Shown here: one piece after another, positions 17,563 to 26,639 of the stretch
Layout: the number at the start of each line of letters is the position of its first letter
Position numbering within the stretch: position 1 is the first letter of the stretch
Source: a virus
IMG/VR virus record: IMGVR_UViG_3300003322_000730
Span: 13,100 to 77,099 of that record
Length of the DNA: 64,000 bases
Direction: 5' to 3' (one strand)
Translations under genes and position numbers: made by a program
Notes under the pieces: generated by a model
Database searches by the model: none
The model's input: only the letters and a program-made list of their open reading frames with translations
Told to the model about the DNA's origin: nothing

Positions 17563-17784
17563 ATGGCTAAGAAACAAATAGAGCCATCGGGCCCGGAAAA
17601 AGGGTTCACTCGCCTAGAGAAAACAGGTCCAGATGGTGGATTCATTGACCTTCCTGAAAAAGATGCCAAGCGTTTGCTATCTTTGGAAAAAAAACTAGGT
17701 ATAGAGAATTACGTTTTACCAGCAACAGATGGCGACCCTGGATCAGAATCAGATACAACAAGTATGGGAGAAGCCGAAAAATAA
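17563..17784 (+). CDS. Small hypothetical protein
   Basis: Between tail tube and portal. Confidence 0.6.
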   Translation: MAKKQIEPSGPEKGFTRLEKTGPDGGFIDLPEKDAKRLLSLEKKLGIENYVLPATDGDPGSESDTTSMGEAEK

Positions 17785-19486
17785 ATCGGCAATTGATAGG
17801 GCCGACCTGGATAACAAGAGACAGTTGTTCCATGCGCAGCTATCAGTTGACAGAAATGATTCGAACTCATACCTGAATACGTATCTTTCATGGATCAGGG
17901 GGATTCTCAATAACGACGAGAAATTCTATAAGTTCGACAGCCTGCTTGCCTTCCCATTGGCATCTAATCACCTTATCAGTAAGGCGACAGATGAATGGAA
18001 CAAGGTTTTCAAGGCTCAGGACCGGGTAGAAGAATATAATTTTACGGAAGATGAAGCGGCGATAGACTTCCAGGCGTTCCTTGACAAAATTAATTTCCGC
18101 GCTACAATCGAACAGAACCTGTTCACCAAAGTAAAGCAGGCGGTCAATACCATAGCGGTAGTTGATATTCCTGTGATTACAGAGGGTGTGACAGGACTTT
18201 CTGAGCCATACGTTTACTTCATTGAAACGGGCCGGCTCAGGGATGTAGACGTTGACCATTCAGGTGCCATCAAATACGTGATGTTTGAGCGCGGCAAAAA
18301 GGGCGATCCTGATCACCGGGTAGTGTTCATCGATGAGGAGTATTACCGGGTATACCGGTTCCCCGAGAACTCAGAGATGTTGATTTTGGAAACAGAGTCG
18401 GCGCATGAGCTCGGTTATTGCCCGGCTGCGTTCTTGTGGAGTGATGTGGTTGATCCGGATAACCCGATCCGTAGATATAACTCCGTGTTGGAAATCTGTG
18501 ATGTGCTGGATGAATATGTGATGTGGAAGACCTTTGGGGATCACGTGGATCTCTATTCGTCCTTTCCGATCATGTGGAAATACAGCAATGAGTGCGATGA
18601 CAGTGATGTCGAAAAGAGCCCATACGGAGTTCCCATAGAATACGATCAGTTTGGTCGGCCGATACGGAAGACTCAAGATGATTACATTGGGCCCGGACAT
18701 CAGATAGACTTAACATTACCAGTCGGCGAAGGGGCAAACATGGGAGTGCCTGTTGGATTTGTTGATCCTAAGCCGGCGCTATTGGAATACAACCAAGAGA
18801 AACTCAGAAGGAAAGAGGTTCAGATTATCAAGCACCTTACCGGTGTCGACAATGAGATCCAGAATGAGAAAGCCTTCAACGAATCGCAGATCCGTTCTCA
18901 GTATGAGACAAGGCATTCAGTGCTCCGGTATTGGGCTGAGAACATGCAGGCGATCCACACGTTCCTTGTGAGCACGATTGCAAAGCTGCGATACCGGGAT
19001 GTGTTTGAAAGTGCCACGATCGACTACGGGATGGATTACTTCCTGTACGATACGATTACCGCGGATGTGGATTACAAAGCAGCGAAAGAAGCCGGACTTG
19101 CTCAATCGATCATCATGTTCCGCAGGGAGATCGTTCAGCAGATTGAAACACGCAACTCTCCGAACAAGAAATCCAGACTTGACCTGCTCATTGAACTGGA
19201 GCCTTATGTGGATGTTGACCTGAGTAGAATTGACAAAGGAATCCCGGAATACGAACTAAAAGCCAACTTCCAGCTTTACATTAACAAATTTGAGAGGGAG
19301 AACGGGGATATAGTCAGATTTGGCAAGGATATTGACTATGAGGATAAAATTGCACTAATACTTAAAACACTTTACGGATATGTCAAAGAAAACAGAAAAT
19401 ACCAAGAAAGCAACAGACTCGCAGACCCAGCGCTACGGCAACCTGGACAAGGAAAAGAAGTACCCGTTTCCAGCGGCGTGGCTTGA
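17729..19486 (+). CDS. Portal protein
   Basis: 585 aa; HELGYCPAAFLW portal-like motif; precedes scaffold and capsid. Confidence 0.85.
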   Translation: MATLDQNQIQQVWEKPKNKSAIDRADLDNKRQLFHAQLSVDRNDSNSYLNTYLSWIRGILNNDEKFYKFDSLLAFPLASNHLISKATDEWNKVFKAQDRVEEYNFTEDEAAIDFQAFLDKINFRATIEQNLFTKVKQAVNTIAVVDIPVITEGVTGLSEPYVYFIETGRLRDVDVDHSGAIKYVMFERGKKGDPDHRVVFIDEEYYRVYRFPENSEMLILETESAHELGYCPAAFLWSDVVDPDNPIRRYNSVLEICDVLDEYVMWKTFGDHVDLYSSFPIMWKYSNECDDSDVEKSPYGVPIEYDQFGRPIRKTQDDYIGPGHQIDLTLPVGEGANMGVPVGFVDPKPALLEYNQEKLRRKEVQIIKHLTGVDNEIQNEKAFNESQIRSQYETRHSVLRYWAENMQAIHTFLVSTIAKLRYRDVFESATIDYGMDYFLYDTITADVDYKAAKEAGLAQSIIMFRREIVQQIETRNSPNKKSRLDLLIELEPYVDVDLSRIDKGIPEYELKANFQLYINKFERENGDIVRFGKDIDYEDKIALILKTLYGYVKENRKYQESNRLADPALRQPGQGKEVPVSSGVA

Positions 19487-19940
19487 TAAGGATGTTGTTG
19501 TCGTGAAACAGGAGGCTTTGCGCGACATTTATGGCAACGGTCAACTCGTGGCGATCCCACATGCTCACCCGGTTCAGGTTTATCCTAAGCAGACCTATGA
19601 TGCATTGTCTATCGTTCCGGTAGGCGCCAAACAAAATGGCTTTGCTGATCAGGGACTGCAGGTGACTCCGCTTCACAGCACTTCCGAGCCCGACGAGGAC
19701 ATCCAGTGGGCAACCAATCCGCCAGCGGCCAACGTAGCGCTCACTGAGTTCGATGAAGCAGCCAAGAAAGCTGTTGCCATGGTAGAGAAAGGCACCGACC
19801 AGACTCCTGCCGAAGAGTTCAAAGAAAAATCAGACGAAGCTGCCAAAGAAGAAGGGACTTTGGTTGACGAGGATGAAGAAATTGCCAAGGCTATCGAAGC
19901 TGAAGAAGCTGACAAAAAGAAAGCCAACGGCAAAAAATAG
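19380..19940 (+). CDS. Hypothetical head-module protein, acidic C-terminus
   Basis: Overlaps portal end by 107 bp. Confidence 0.65.
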   Translation: MSKKTENTKKATDSQTQRYGNLDKEKKYPFPAAWLDKDVVVVKQEALRDIYGNGQLVAIPHAHPVQVYPKQTYDALSIVPVGAKQNGFADQGLQVTPLHSTSEPDEDIQWATNPPAANVALTEFDEAAKKAVAMVEKGTDQTPAEEFKEKSDEAAKEEGTLVDEDEEIAKAIEAEEADKKKANGKK

Positions 19941-19963
19941 TTTTCACTTAAATAATCGATTAC

Positions 19964-20845
19964 ATGCCACTTAAAGTAAAGAATGAAGAAGGTGTAGAGA
20001 TTGAGGTAGACCTTGATCAATACGCCGATGACGTAAAGGCCCACTTAGAGGGAAAGGGCCTTGTATGGAAGACCCAAGCAGAGCTGGATGCCGAATGGAA
20101 GGCCCGTGAGACAGAGACGATCAACACGACTACCAAAAAGGTTCACGGCGAATGGGAGGGTAAAGTAGAGGGTATCGTAGGGGAGAAGCGCCCTGATGGG
20201 GTTAAGGGTCTTGACTGGGCAACCGGTCACCTGACAAAGCTCAAAGAAAAGGCCAGTACTCCACCGCCGGTAGAACAACCGAAAGGTACTGTTGAAAGCG
20301 ATGCCCTGAAAGCACAATTGAAACAAACGCAGGATGAACTGGCCAACTTCAAGTCCTCTATTGAGAACAAGGAGAAGGAGGCCAAGAATCTAGCGAAAAA
20401 GACCGCATTGAAGTCTTCGATCAAAGCGCTGAACCTGTTGGGAGATTCTCCGGCAGAGAAGGCAGAAATGGCAGCGGGACTGGAAACCATTATTGGCTCC
20501 AAATATCGGCTGGAATTTGACGAAGATGGAGACCTGGCCCTTTATGACGGGGAGAATCTAGTGACAGATCCTGACGCAGGGAATGCGCCGATGAGAATCG
20601 ATAAGTTGGTGAAGGATAAGTTCAAAAACTTCCTTGCGGCCCCGAAAGAACAACCAAAGCCAACCGGCGGCAGCGGCACCAAACAAGAGGATGTAGGTGG
20701 CGTTACTTCGGATGGTACCCAATTCTTCAAGGGCAAGTCCCGAGATGAAATAAGGGAGAAAATGCAGGCAAAAGGATTCATCATGGGGTCACCGGCATAC
20801 AACAAGGTGATGGCCGAGTCCTTGAAGCAGAGTGGGCTCGAGTAA
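19964..20845 (+). CDS. Capsid scaffolding protein
   Basis: Charged coiled coil, GGSGT linker near C-terminus, directly before capsid. Confidence 0.8.
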   Translation: MPLKVKNEEGVEIEVDLDQYADDVKAHLEGKGLVWKTQAELDAEWKARETETINTTTKKVHGEWEGKVEGIVGEKRPDGVKGLDWATGHLTKLKEKASTPPPVEQPKGTVESDALKAQLKQTQDELANFKSSIENKEKEAKNLAKKTALKSSIKALNLLGDSPAEKAEMAAGLETIIGSKYRLEFDEDGDLALYDGENLVTDPDAGNAPMRIDKLVKDKFKNFLAAPKEQPKPTGGSGTKQEDVGGVTSDGTQFFKGKSRDEIREKMQAKGFIMGSPAYNKVMAESLKQSGLE

Positions 20846-20918
20846 AAATTGCTACTGCCTGGGGAACTTTGACGACGACATGCTAATCGATTGTTAAAAA
20901 ATTAACACAATTCAACCC

Positions 20919-21944
20919 ATGGCATTAACATTAACATTGCTTGAAAAAGCGGTTCAGCCGTCTACCGAGATGATGCAGTCCTTCGAGAACCGTGTTCCGA
21001 AGGACAACGTAATCAATGCATTCAAATCTGGTACCAATGCTGTAATCGACCCACAGGCTTACATTGAAGCCAAAGCCTCCCTGCGCCGCCCTGTTGACAT
21101 TGCGGTGGTGAAATCAGAGTCGTACTTCGTCAATACTGTACGTGAGATGAACCCGACGCCGAACACTGTCAGCACCGCGAAAGTGCCTTTGACATTCGTG
21201 ACAAAGACATTCAGCTTCCAGTTGTCTGAGCCTCTTGCTGCCGACAATTATATCCGCTACGAACGTCTGTTCCAACAAGCGGTTTTCGATGGTGTATGGT
21301 CTGCGATGATCCGCGACAACACCAAATCCTTGGAGGTTACCGCGATCTCTTACCTGGAAGCCAACAAGTGGGCAGTTCCGCCTACCTCCAATGTTCCAGG
21401 CGTAACTGTTGGTACTGGCGCCTACGAGATGGACCCGGATGATTATATCATCAAAGCCCCTGTTGTAATGCGTGAGCTGAATATGTTCCCGCGCTTCATG
21501 GATATTGGCAACGTGGCATCAATGGCCCGTCAGCGCGACATTGCAACTTTCGGACGGTACAACAACCGCAACTTGGATCAGTACAATGACCAGATGGACT
21601 TCTATTACTCGAACCGTATCGCGCCGACTTCCGGGGCAACCGAGACGCACTTCGTAGTCCCTGAGAATTCACTGGGCATCCTGAACTGGGTGGAATGGGA
21701 TGCGCGTAACAACACGCAGACTGACACTGGTCGCTTCACTACTGTTCAAGATCCGTACTTCGGGTTTGACTGGGGTGTGTATATCACCAAGGGCCGTGCT
21801 GATCAGAGCGCGGATGGTGGCGTAGGTTTGGAGCGTGCTTCCAACATTCGGTACGACTTCGCGGCATCCTTTGCCTTCGTTTCGCCGTACTCTTCTGTTG
21901 CCGGCACATCTCCGATCGTGAAGATGGATCTCGTAGAAGTATAA
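20919..21944 (+). CDS. Major capsid protein
   Basis: 341 aa after scaffold, strongly biased codons, ends PIVKMDLV; B40-8-like by recollection. Confidence 0.85.
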   Translation: MALTLTLLEKAVQPSTEMMQSFENRVPKDNVINAFKSGTNAVIDPQAYIEAKASLRRPVDIAVVKSESYFVNTVREMNPTPNTVSTAKVPLTFVTKTFSFQLSEPLAADNYIRYERLFQQAVFDGVWSAMIRDNTKSLEVTAISYLEANKWAVPPTSNVPGVTVGTGAYEMDPDDYIIKAPVVMRELNMFPRFMDIGNVASMARQRDIATFGRYNNRNLDQYNDQMDFYYSNRIAPTSGATETHFVVPENSLGILNWVEWDARNNTQTDTGRFTTVQDPYFGFDWGVYITKGRADQSADGGVGLERASNIRYDFAASFAFVSPYSSVAGTSPIVKMDLVEV

Positions 21945-21999
21945 AATAATCAACTTGGGGGTATCGCGAAACACGATATCCCCGCAACACTTTGATCAG

Positions 22000-22434
22000 A
22001 TGAAAAAGATTTTGCTTTTACTTTTTGCTTTTACGGTCACTATCGCAACTGCATTGGCCCAGGAAATACGTGAGGTCTCGTTGATCTCTGAAACAAATGC
22101 GACGTTGACAGACACGGTAACCAACACCGGGGTAAAGATTGTTGCAACACCGAACACTCCTGGATTCTGGGATTTGGCCGGCGTCAGCGTGACAATCACC
22201 AAAATTTCGGGGACGGTAGCTGGGGTAGCCAGGCTGGTAGGTAGTTATGATGGAACGAACTTCTTTCGAATTGTCCCCACAGACTCTTTGAATGCGGCAA
22301 ACGTTACTACAAATATCAAGTCATTTGTTGTCACCAGTTATCCTTATAAGTACTTGGGAGTGCAATACACCGGAACTGGTACAATGGCAGCCAAGCTGAA
22401 CGCTACCGCGATCTTTAAGCGGGCCAAACGCTGA
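22000..22434 (+). CDS. Sec-signal-bearing beta-sandwich protein (decoration-like position)
   Basis: MKKILLLLFAFTVTIATALA-QEIRE...; GSYDGTNF motif. Confidence 0.7.
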   Translation: MKKILLLLFAFTVTIATALAQEIREVSLISETNATLTDTVTNTGVKIVATPNTPGFWDLAGVSVTITKISGTVAGVARLVGSYDGTNFFRIVPTDSLNAANVTTNIKSFVVTSYPYKYLGVQYTGTGTMAAKLNATAIFKRAKR

Positions 22435-22459
22435 TTAACACCTCATTTTGGAATCACAG

Positions 22460-22490
22460 AAAGATACCTTACTTTTAGGGTATCTTTTTT
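22460..22490 (+). terminator. Intrinsic terminator after capsid operon
   Basis: AAAGATACC/GGTATCTTT + T tract. Confidence 0.75.
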
Positions 22491-22503
22491 GCTTTATAAG
22501 CCA

Positions 22504-23733
22504 ATGATTTACGACAGAACTAACATCGTAGAAAACTTCCGTGGGCTGATCGGATTCAAGCCTTCATTCGATGCCAGCAACGCTACGGCAAAGATCGATG
22601 AGTCATTGAAGCAAAGCCAATCCGGACAGTATCTCAACAGTCTTCACAGTTATTTTACGCCGGAAGTATTCTCCAATGTAGCCAATAACTACGCTGAGTA
22701 TTCGGTATCTGCATGGTCGAATACGACCGGTTACCTCAAAGATGATGTGGTAATGTATAATGCTGCTTATTATGTGGCACTCAGGGCTACTACTGGTGGC
22801 CAACCAGCCTCTTCTCCAAGTGACTGGCAGAAGACCACATTGCTGAGCCGGTGGGTGCAAGACAAATATGATGGCGCTGTGCTGGCCACTGTAGACGCAT
22901 TGATGGAAGCTAATAAACTAGAAGGCCAAGGCAAAGAATTGAAAGGCAACTTGGCTTTATTTGACGGTGAGGGATTAAAGTCAAACACCATCACCAAATC
23001 CGGCCGGTTTGTTGGCTTTGAAATTGACATCACACAGCCAAACATCTCGGTGACGCTTCAGCGCATGGGAATGCAGTTGACTCAGGGAGCTACAGTTCCA
23101 ATCCACATCATCTACAACGGAGTGGACACGGTGATCAATCCGACATTCAATGGTAATAGCCGATTCAACTACCAAGACGTAACGCCGATTACTTTCTTCG
23201 ACGGTATGGGGCCAATTCAAATCGGGTATTACGAAGATGATCTTGGCCCCGCCAGCGCGATTTATGTAAATAACCAGACATTCTCTCAAAGCCCTTGCTA
23301 CACCTGTGGATCTTCGGATACCGGCCGCCGGTCGACATGGGGCAAATGGATTAACGTGACGCCTATTTCTATCTTGGACGACGAGACAGCCGAGCACTAC
23401 GATACAAATTTTGGGATGAACCTAACGTTTAGCTTCCGCTGCGACCTGTCGGATATTCTTATCCGCGAAAAGATGAGTTTGGTACCGGCATTGAAAGCTA
23501 TGCTGAAAGTTACTTTCATGGAGGCTATTGCTGCGAATGTTCGTAACAACCAGCAAGCCGACCAGACGCAGGTGTTGGTTTACAATCAACTCAGGGATTA
23601 CCAGCATCCATCAAATCCATACACCGAACTTAAAAGGGCAATAAAGGCTTTACAATTCGAGTTCAGCAACATCAACCCGGACTGCTTGCCATGCAAGACA
23701 GGTGGCATCCGAATCAGGCACAGGGTAATATGA
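22504..23733 (+). CDS. Head-tail connector/neck protein with CBM5/12-like insert
   Basis: Position; WSNTTGYLKDDVVMYNAAYYVAL...P...SDW motif. Confidence 0.65.
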   Translation: MIYDRTNIVENFRGLIGFKPSFDASNATAKIDESLKQSQSGQYLNSLHSYFTPEVFSNVANNYAEYSVSAWSNTTGYLKDDVVMYNAAYYVALRATTGGQPASSPSDWQKTTLLSRWVQDKYDGAVLATVDALMEANKLEGQGKELKGNLALFDGEGLKSNTITKSGRFVGFEIDITQPNISVTLQRMGMQLTQGATVPIHIIYNGVDTVINPTFNGNSRFNYQDVTPITFFDGMGPIQIGYYEDDLGPASAIYVNNQTFSQSPCYTCGSSDTGRRSTWGKWINVTPISILDDETAEHYDTNFGMNLTFSFRCDLSDILIREKMSLVPALKAMLKVTFMEAIAANVRNNQQADQTQVLVYNQLRDYQHPSNPYTELKRAIKALQFEFSNINPDCLPCKTGGIRIRHRVI

Positions 23734-24179
23734 GACCGGAGAATTTTAATTTTGCCAGAAAACTAAAATCAATCAACCTACGGGCTATATACAGGAATGC
23801 AATTAAAGAACACGAGCGCGACATTCTGGACCTTCAAAAAGAGCAGATGTCGGCAGGTCTTGCGGATCAGGGCGATGATATTGAGCCAGGTTACCGCCCT
23901 CGCACGATTGAACTTAAAAAGGCAAAAGGACAAGAAACCGATCATGTGACGCTACAAGATACCGGAGCCTTCTACCGCGGGCAGTACGTTAAGTTTGCGG
24001 TAGACCACTTTGAGCTCACGTCCCGTGACAGAAAGCGTAACAAACTGGTGCGAAAATACCATGGTAACCGCGGCGGGGATATATTCGGTCTTGCCCCGGA
24101 AAGCAAAGAAGTTTTGGGCGCCATGATTTTACCGGACATCCAAGATGAATTCAGAGACAGACTTTTAAGCCAGAGATAA
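23730..24179 (+). CDS. Neck / tail completion protein
   Basis: VTLQDTGAFY motif, basic, position. Confidence 0.7.
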   Translation: MRPENFNFARKLKSINLRAIYRNAIKEHERDILDLQKEQMSAGLADQGDDIEPGYRPRTIELKKAKGQETDHVTLQDTGAFYRGQYVKFAVDHFELTSRDRKRNKLVRKYHGNRGGDIFGLAPESKEVLGAMILPDIQDEFRDRLLSQR

Positions 24180-24180
24180 T

Positions 24181-24771
24181 ATGCCTTATTCATCACCATC
24201 CGTAATGGAAGCAACCAGGGCCGACGTGGGCCTTGACAAGGCATTGAAGTCTTTGCAGGCATCGTTCAGCGAAATTGACTGGCTGGATGGCAAGGTGTTC
24301 CTGCGGGCTTATGTGGACACATTTCCTGATGTGACTGGTGACGACAGGACTTACCCGCAGGTTTATACCGGAAATGGCGAATACTACAACGCCTCCATCA
24401 ATGACAACTTGAGCTGCGCGATGTTCTTCCAGGCAAAGGGGCCGGAGAAGGTAACCTATGTAAAACCAGCTAACAGCCGGATAATCCAATACGAGCGGCC
24501 GATGGCGGTGTTGTTCTGGTGTAACCTGCGCCGGCTGGCAGATGAGTTCTCGCAGGACTACATTTACACTGAGCAGATCAAGCCGCGGTTCATGGAGAAG
24601 CTGGCCAGGCATAAGAATGTTCGAAGCATAGACCAGTACTTCGATGAGCCCATGGAGATCGTCTTCGATGGCTTCACGGTATTCGAAGAGAAGCAATACA
24701 ACAAATTCCCGTTTGCCGGGATACGCATCAATTTTACTATTCAGTACGACGAACCTGTAACACCATGTTGA
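24181..24771 (+). CDS. Putative tail terminator/neck protein
   Basis: Position; C-terminal PFAGIRINFTIQY. Confidence 0.55.
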   Translation: MPYSSPSVMEATRADVGLDKALKSLQASFSEIDWLDGKVFLRAYVDTFPDVTGDDRTYPQVYTGNGEYYNASINDNLSCAMFFQAKGPEKVTYVKPANSRIIQYERPMAVLFWCNLRRLADEFSQDYIYTEQIKPRFMEKLARHKNVRSIDQYFDEPMEIVFDGFTVFEEKQYNKFPFAGIRINFTIQYDEPVTPC

Positions 24772-25016
24772 TTCATTTAGCCGAGTTTCTTTTATTTGCG
24801 TTATTGGCCGGATTTGTTAATTGTGGCGTCTATATTGTCACATTGAAGCAAAACATTTACCAACGCCTCAATATCAGGGAGTGCGCTTTTTGCCTCATGT
24901 TTTGGCTTTCAATAGCCGAGTTCTTTTTGATCTTTCCTTTCGGTGCAGTACTTTATTGGATACCCATCTCATTGGCCTCGGCGACGATAGGAAGACTTGC
25001 AGCAACCAATTTATAA
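24765..25016 (+). CDS. Small membrane protein (possible holin)
   Basis: Three hydrophobic segments, CxxC then FW. Confidence 0.55.
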   Translation: MLIHLAEFLLFALLAGFVNCGVYIVTLKQNIYQRLNIRECAFCLMFWLSIAEFFLIFPFGAVLYWIPISLASATIGRLAATNL

Positions 25017-25017
25017 T

Positions 25018-25796
25018 ATGAAGACGATTACATGCGGACCTTACACGTTAAAGATTTACGATTCGATTGAGAATATCCCGCCGTCCCGGGAGTCCCTGAT
25101 GCAGCAGTATCAGCTGGAGGAGTTCGGGATTGGTCATACATGGGAGTCGATTGATAGTCATCTGAGCTCTCTTTTGATGGCTGTTCACCAGAATGATTTA
25201 ACATCGGTGTACCAAGAGGTAGAGAACCTTAGACTGAACTATTACTCCATGGCTCAGGGATACAATCCGGAGCATCTATCCTGGCTCTGTTTGATCCAGT
25301 CGATCGACGGGGAGCCGTTCACAGATATGTCGGAGGAAAACCTGAAAGAGTGGAGCAAAAGACTCGGAGAGCAGGAAGATGGAGAGCTGGCGTGGAGGCT
25401 GGTGTTCGATGAAGTAAAAAAAAAATTTCCAGAGAACTTCGAATCCACTTTCCTGAATGGACCACTCCAGAACGCAGCCTGAGACTAATAAAGTCGTATT
25501 GGCTTGCCCGTATAGCCAACGTTGTAAATCCCTCGGAAGAAACTGCGGAGAACCTAAACCGGGCGATGGAAAAGCTTGCAAAGCAAAACACGCCAAAGAA
25601 GTTCACGGAGGGGTCGGGTAATGTATTGGTAGACCATCAAGCTTCATTCGAGAGGCAATGCGCCATGATTGAGAAGCATTTTCACATCAAGGCAAATGAC
25701 TTAACTTTGTACCAATTCATCAGCAGACTGGAAGCGATAAAAGAAGATTTGAAATCACAGTCCAAGAGCGGGCTAGTTACCGAACAACCAAAGTAA
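25018..25796 (+). CDS. Tail assembly chaperone pair G/GT joined by -1 shift at A10 (25416-25425)
   Basis: Frame 0 stops at 25482; -1 frame open from 25425 through 25566 ORF to 25796; upstream of tape measure. Confidence 0.8.
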
Positions 25797-26566
25797 TGGC
25801 AGACGCATTAAACAGAAACAGTTTTGTCAGGGTATACAGCGGCGCAAGCAAAATAAGCTTACCGGTCATTCCTTTGCGTGAGCCAGGACTCATCAGCCCG
25901 CCGATCATATTTGTGCCGGGGGAATCTCTGTCTTTCTATATTGCGGCGGCGGTGGGCGGCGGTCTTACGTTGACCAACGGTAGCGGCGGGTCTTTTGGTG
26001 GTGGAGGTTCGATATCCAGCTTCTCCACTACGCCAGAATATGGGACTCATAGCGTAATGAATGTCACAGTGCCTTCGGTGCCTGATGGGACATATAAAAT
26101 GACTGTAGGTGGCATGGAGTCCAACTATGTGGAAGTAATCAGTGATGTGGCGCTGGCCAATCAGATATCAGCATTCTTTGAGGTAAGTCACAACAAGCCC
26201 ATTGATGTATTCAGGTATCCATACGCCGGCGAGGGGTATAAGCAGAAGATGCGCCTGCGGCTTACGGTAGTCGACATGCAGCCAGAGACAAACATCGACG
26301 GGTACGAGGCAACCAACACCGGAAAACAGCGGAACCTACAAGGGGTTTCCAAGAAATATGTGACGTTCCAGACGCCGGATTATCAACTGGAAGACCATGA
26401 TGCCATGCACGTTTTAAGCCTCCACGACAACATCCTGATCAACGGTAAAAGCTATATCCGCCGGCCCTCCGGATCATACAAGATGAGTCCGGCTATGGAT
26501 ACACCAGTCAGCAATGGGGAGTTCAGCTTATACGACAATGAGAACACATTTTTGTTAAGGTGCTAA
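25796..26566 (+). CDS. Tail structural protein
   Basis: 256 aa beta-rich, tail module. Confidence 0.6.
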   Translation: MADALNRNSFVRVYSGASKISLPVIPLREPGLISPPIIFVPGESLSFYIAAAVGGGLTLTNGSGGSFGGGGSISSFSTTPEYGTHSVMNVTVPSVPDGTYKMTVGGMESNYVEVISDVALANQISAFFEVSHNKPIDVFRYPYAGEGYKQKMRLRLTVVDMQPETNIDGYEATNTGKQRNLQGVSKKYVTFQTPDYQLEDHDAMHVLSLHDNILINGKSYIRRPSGSYKMSPAMDTPVSNGEFSLYDNENTFLLRC

Positions 26567-26639
26567 AAACACTATATTTACCGGTAATCAATTAACTCAC
26601 ACCCTTTTCATCTAAGTTAAGGGTTTTTCTTTATAAGAG

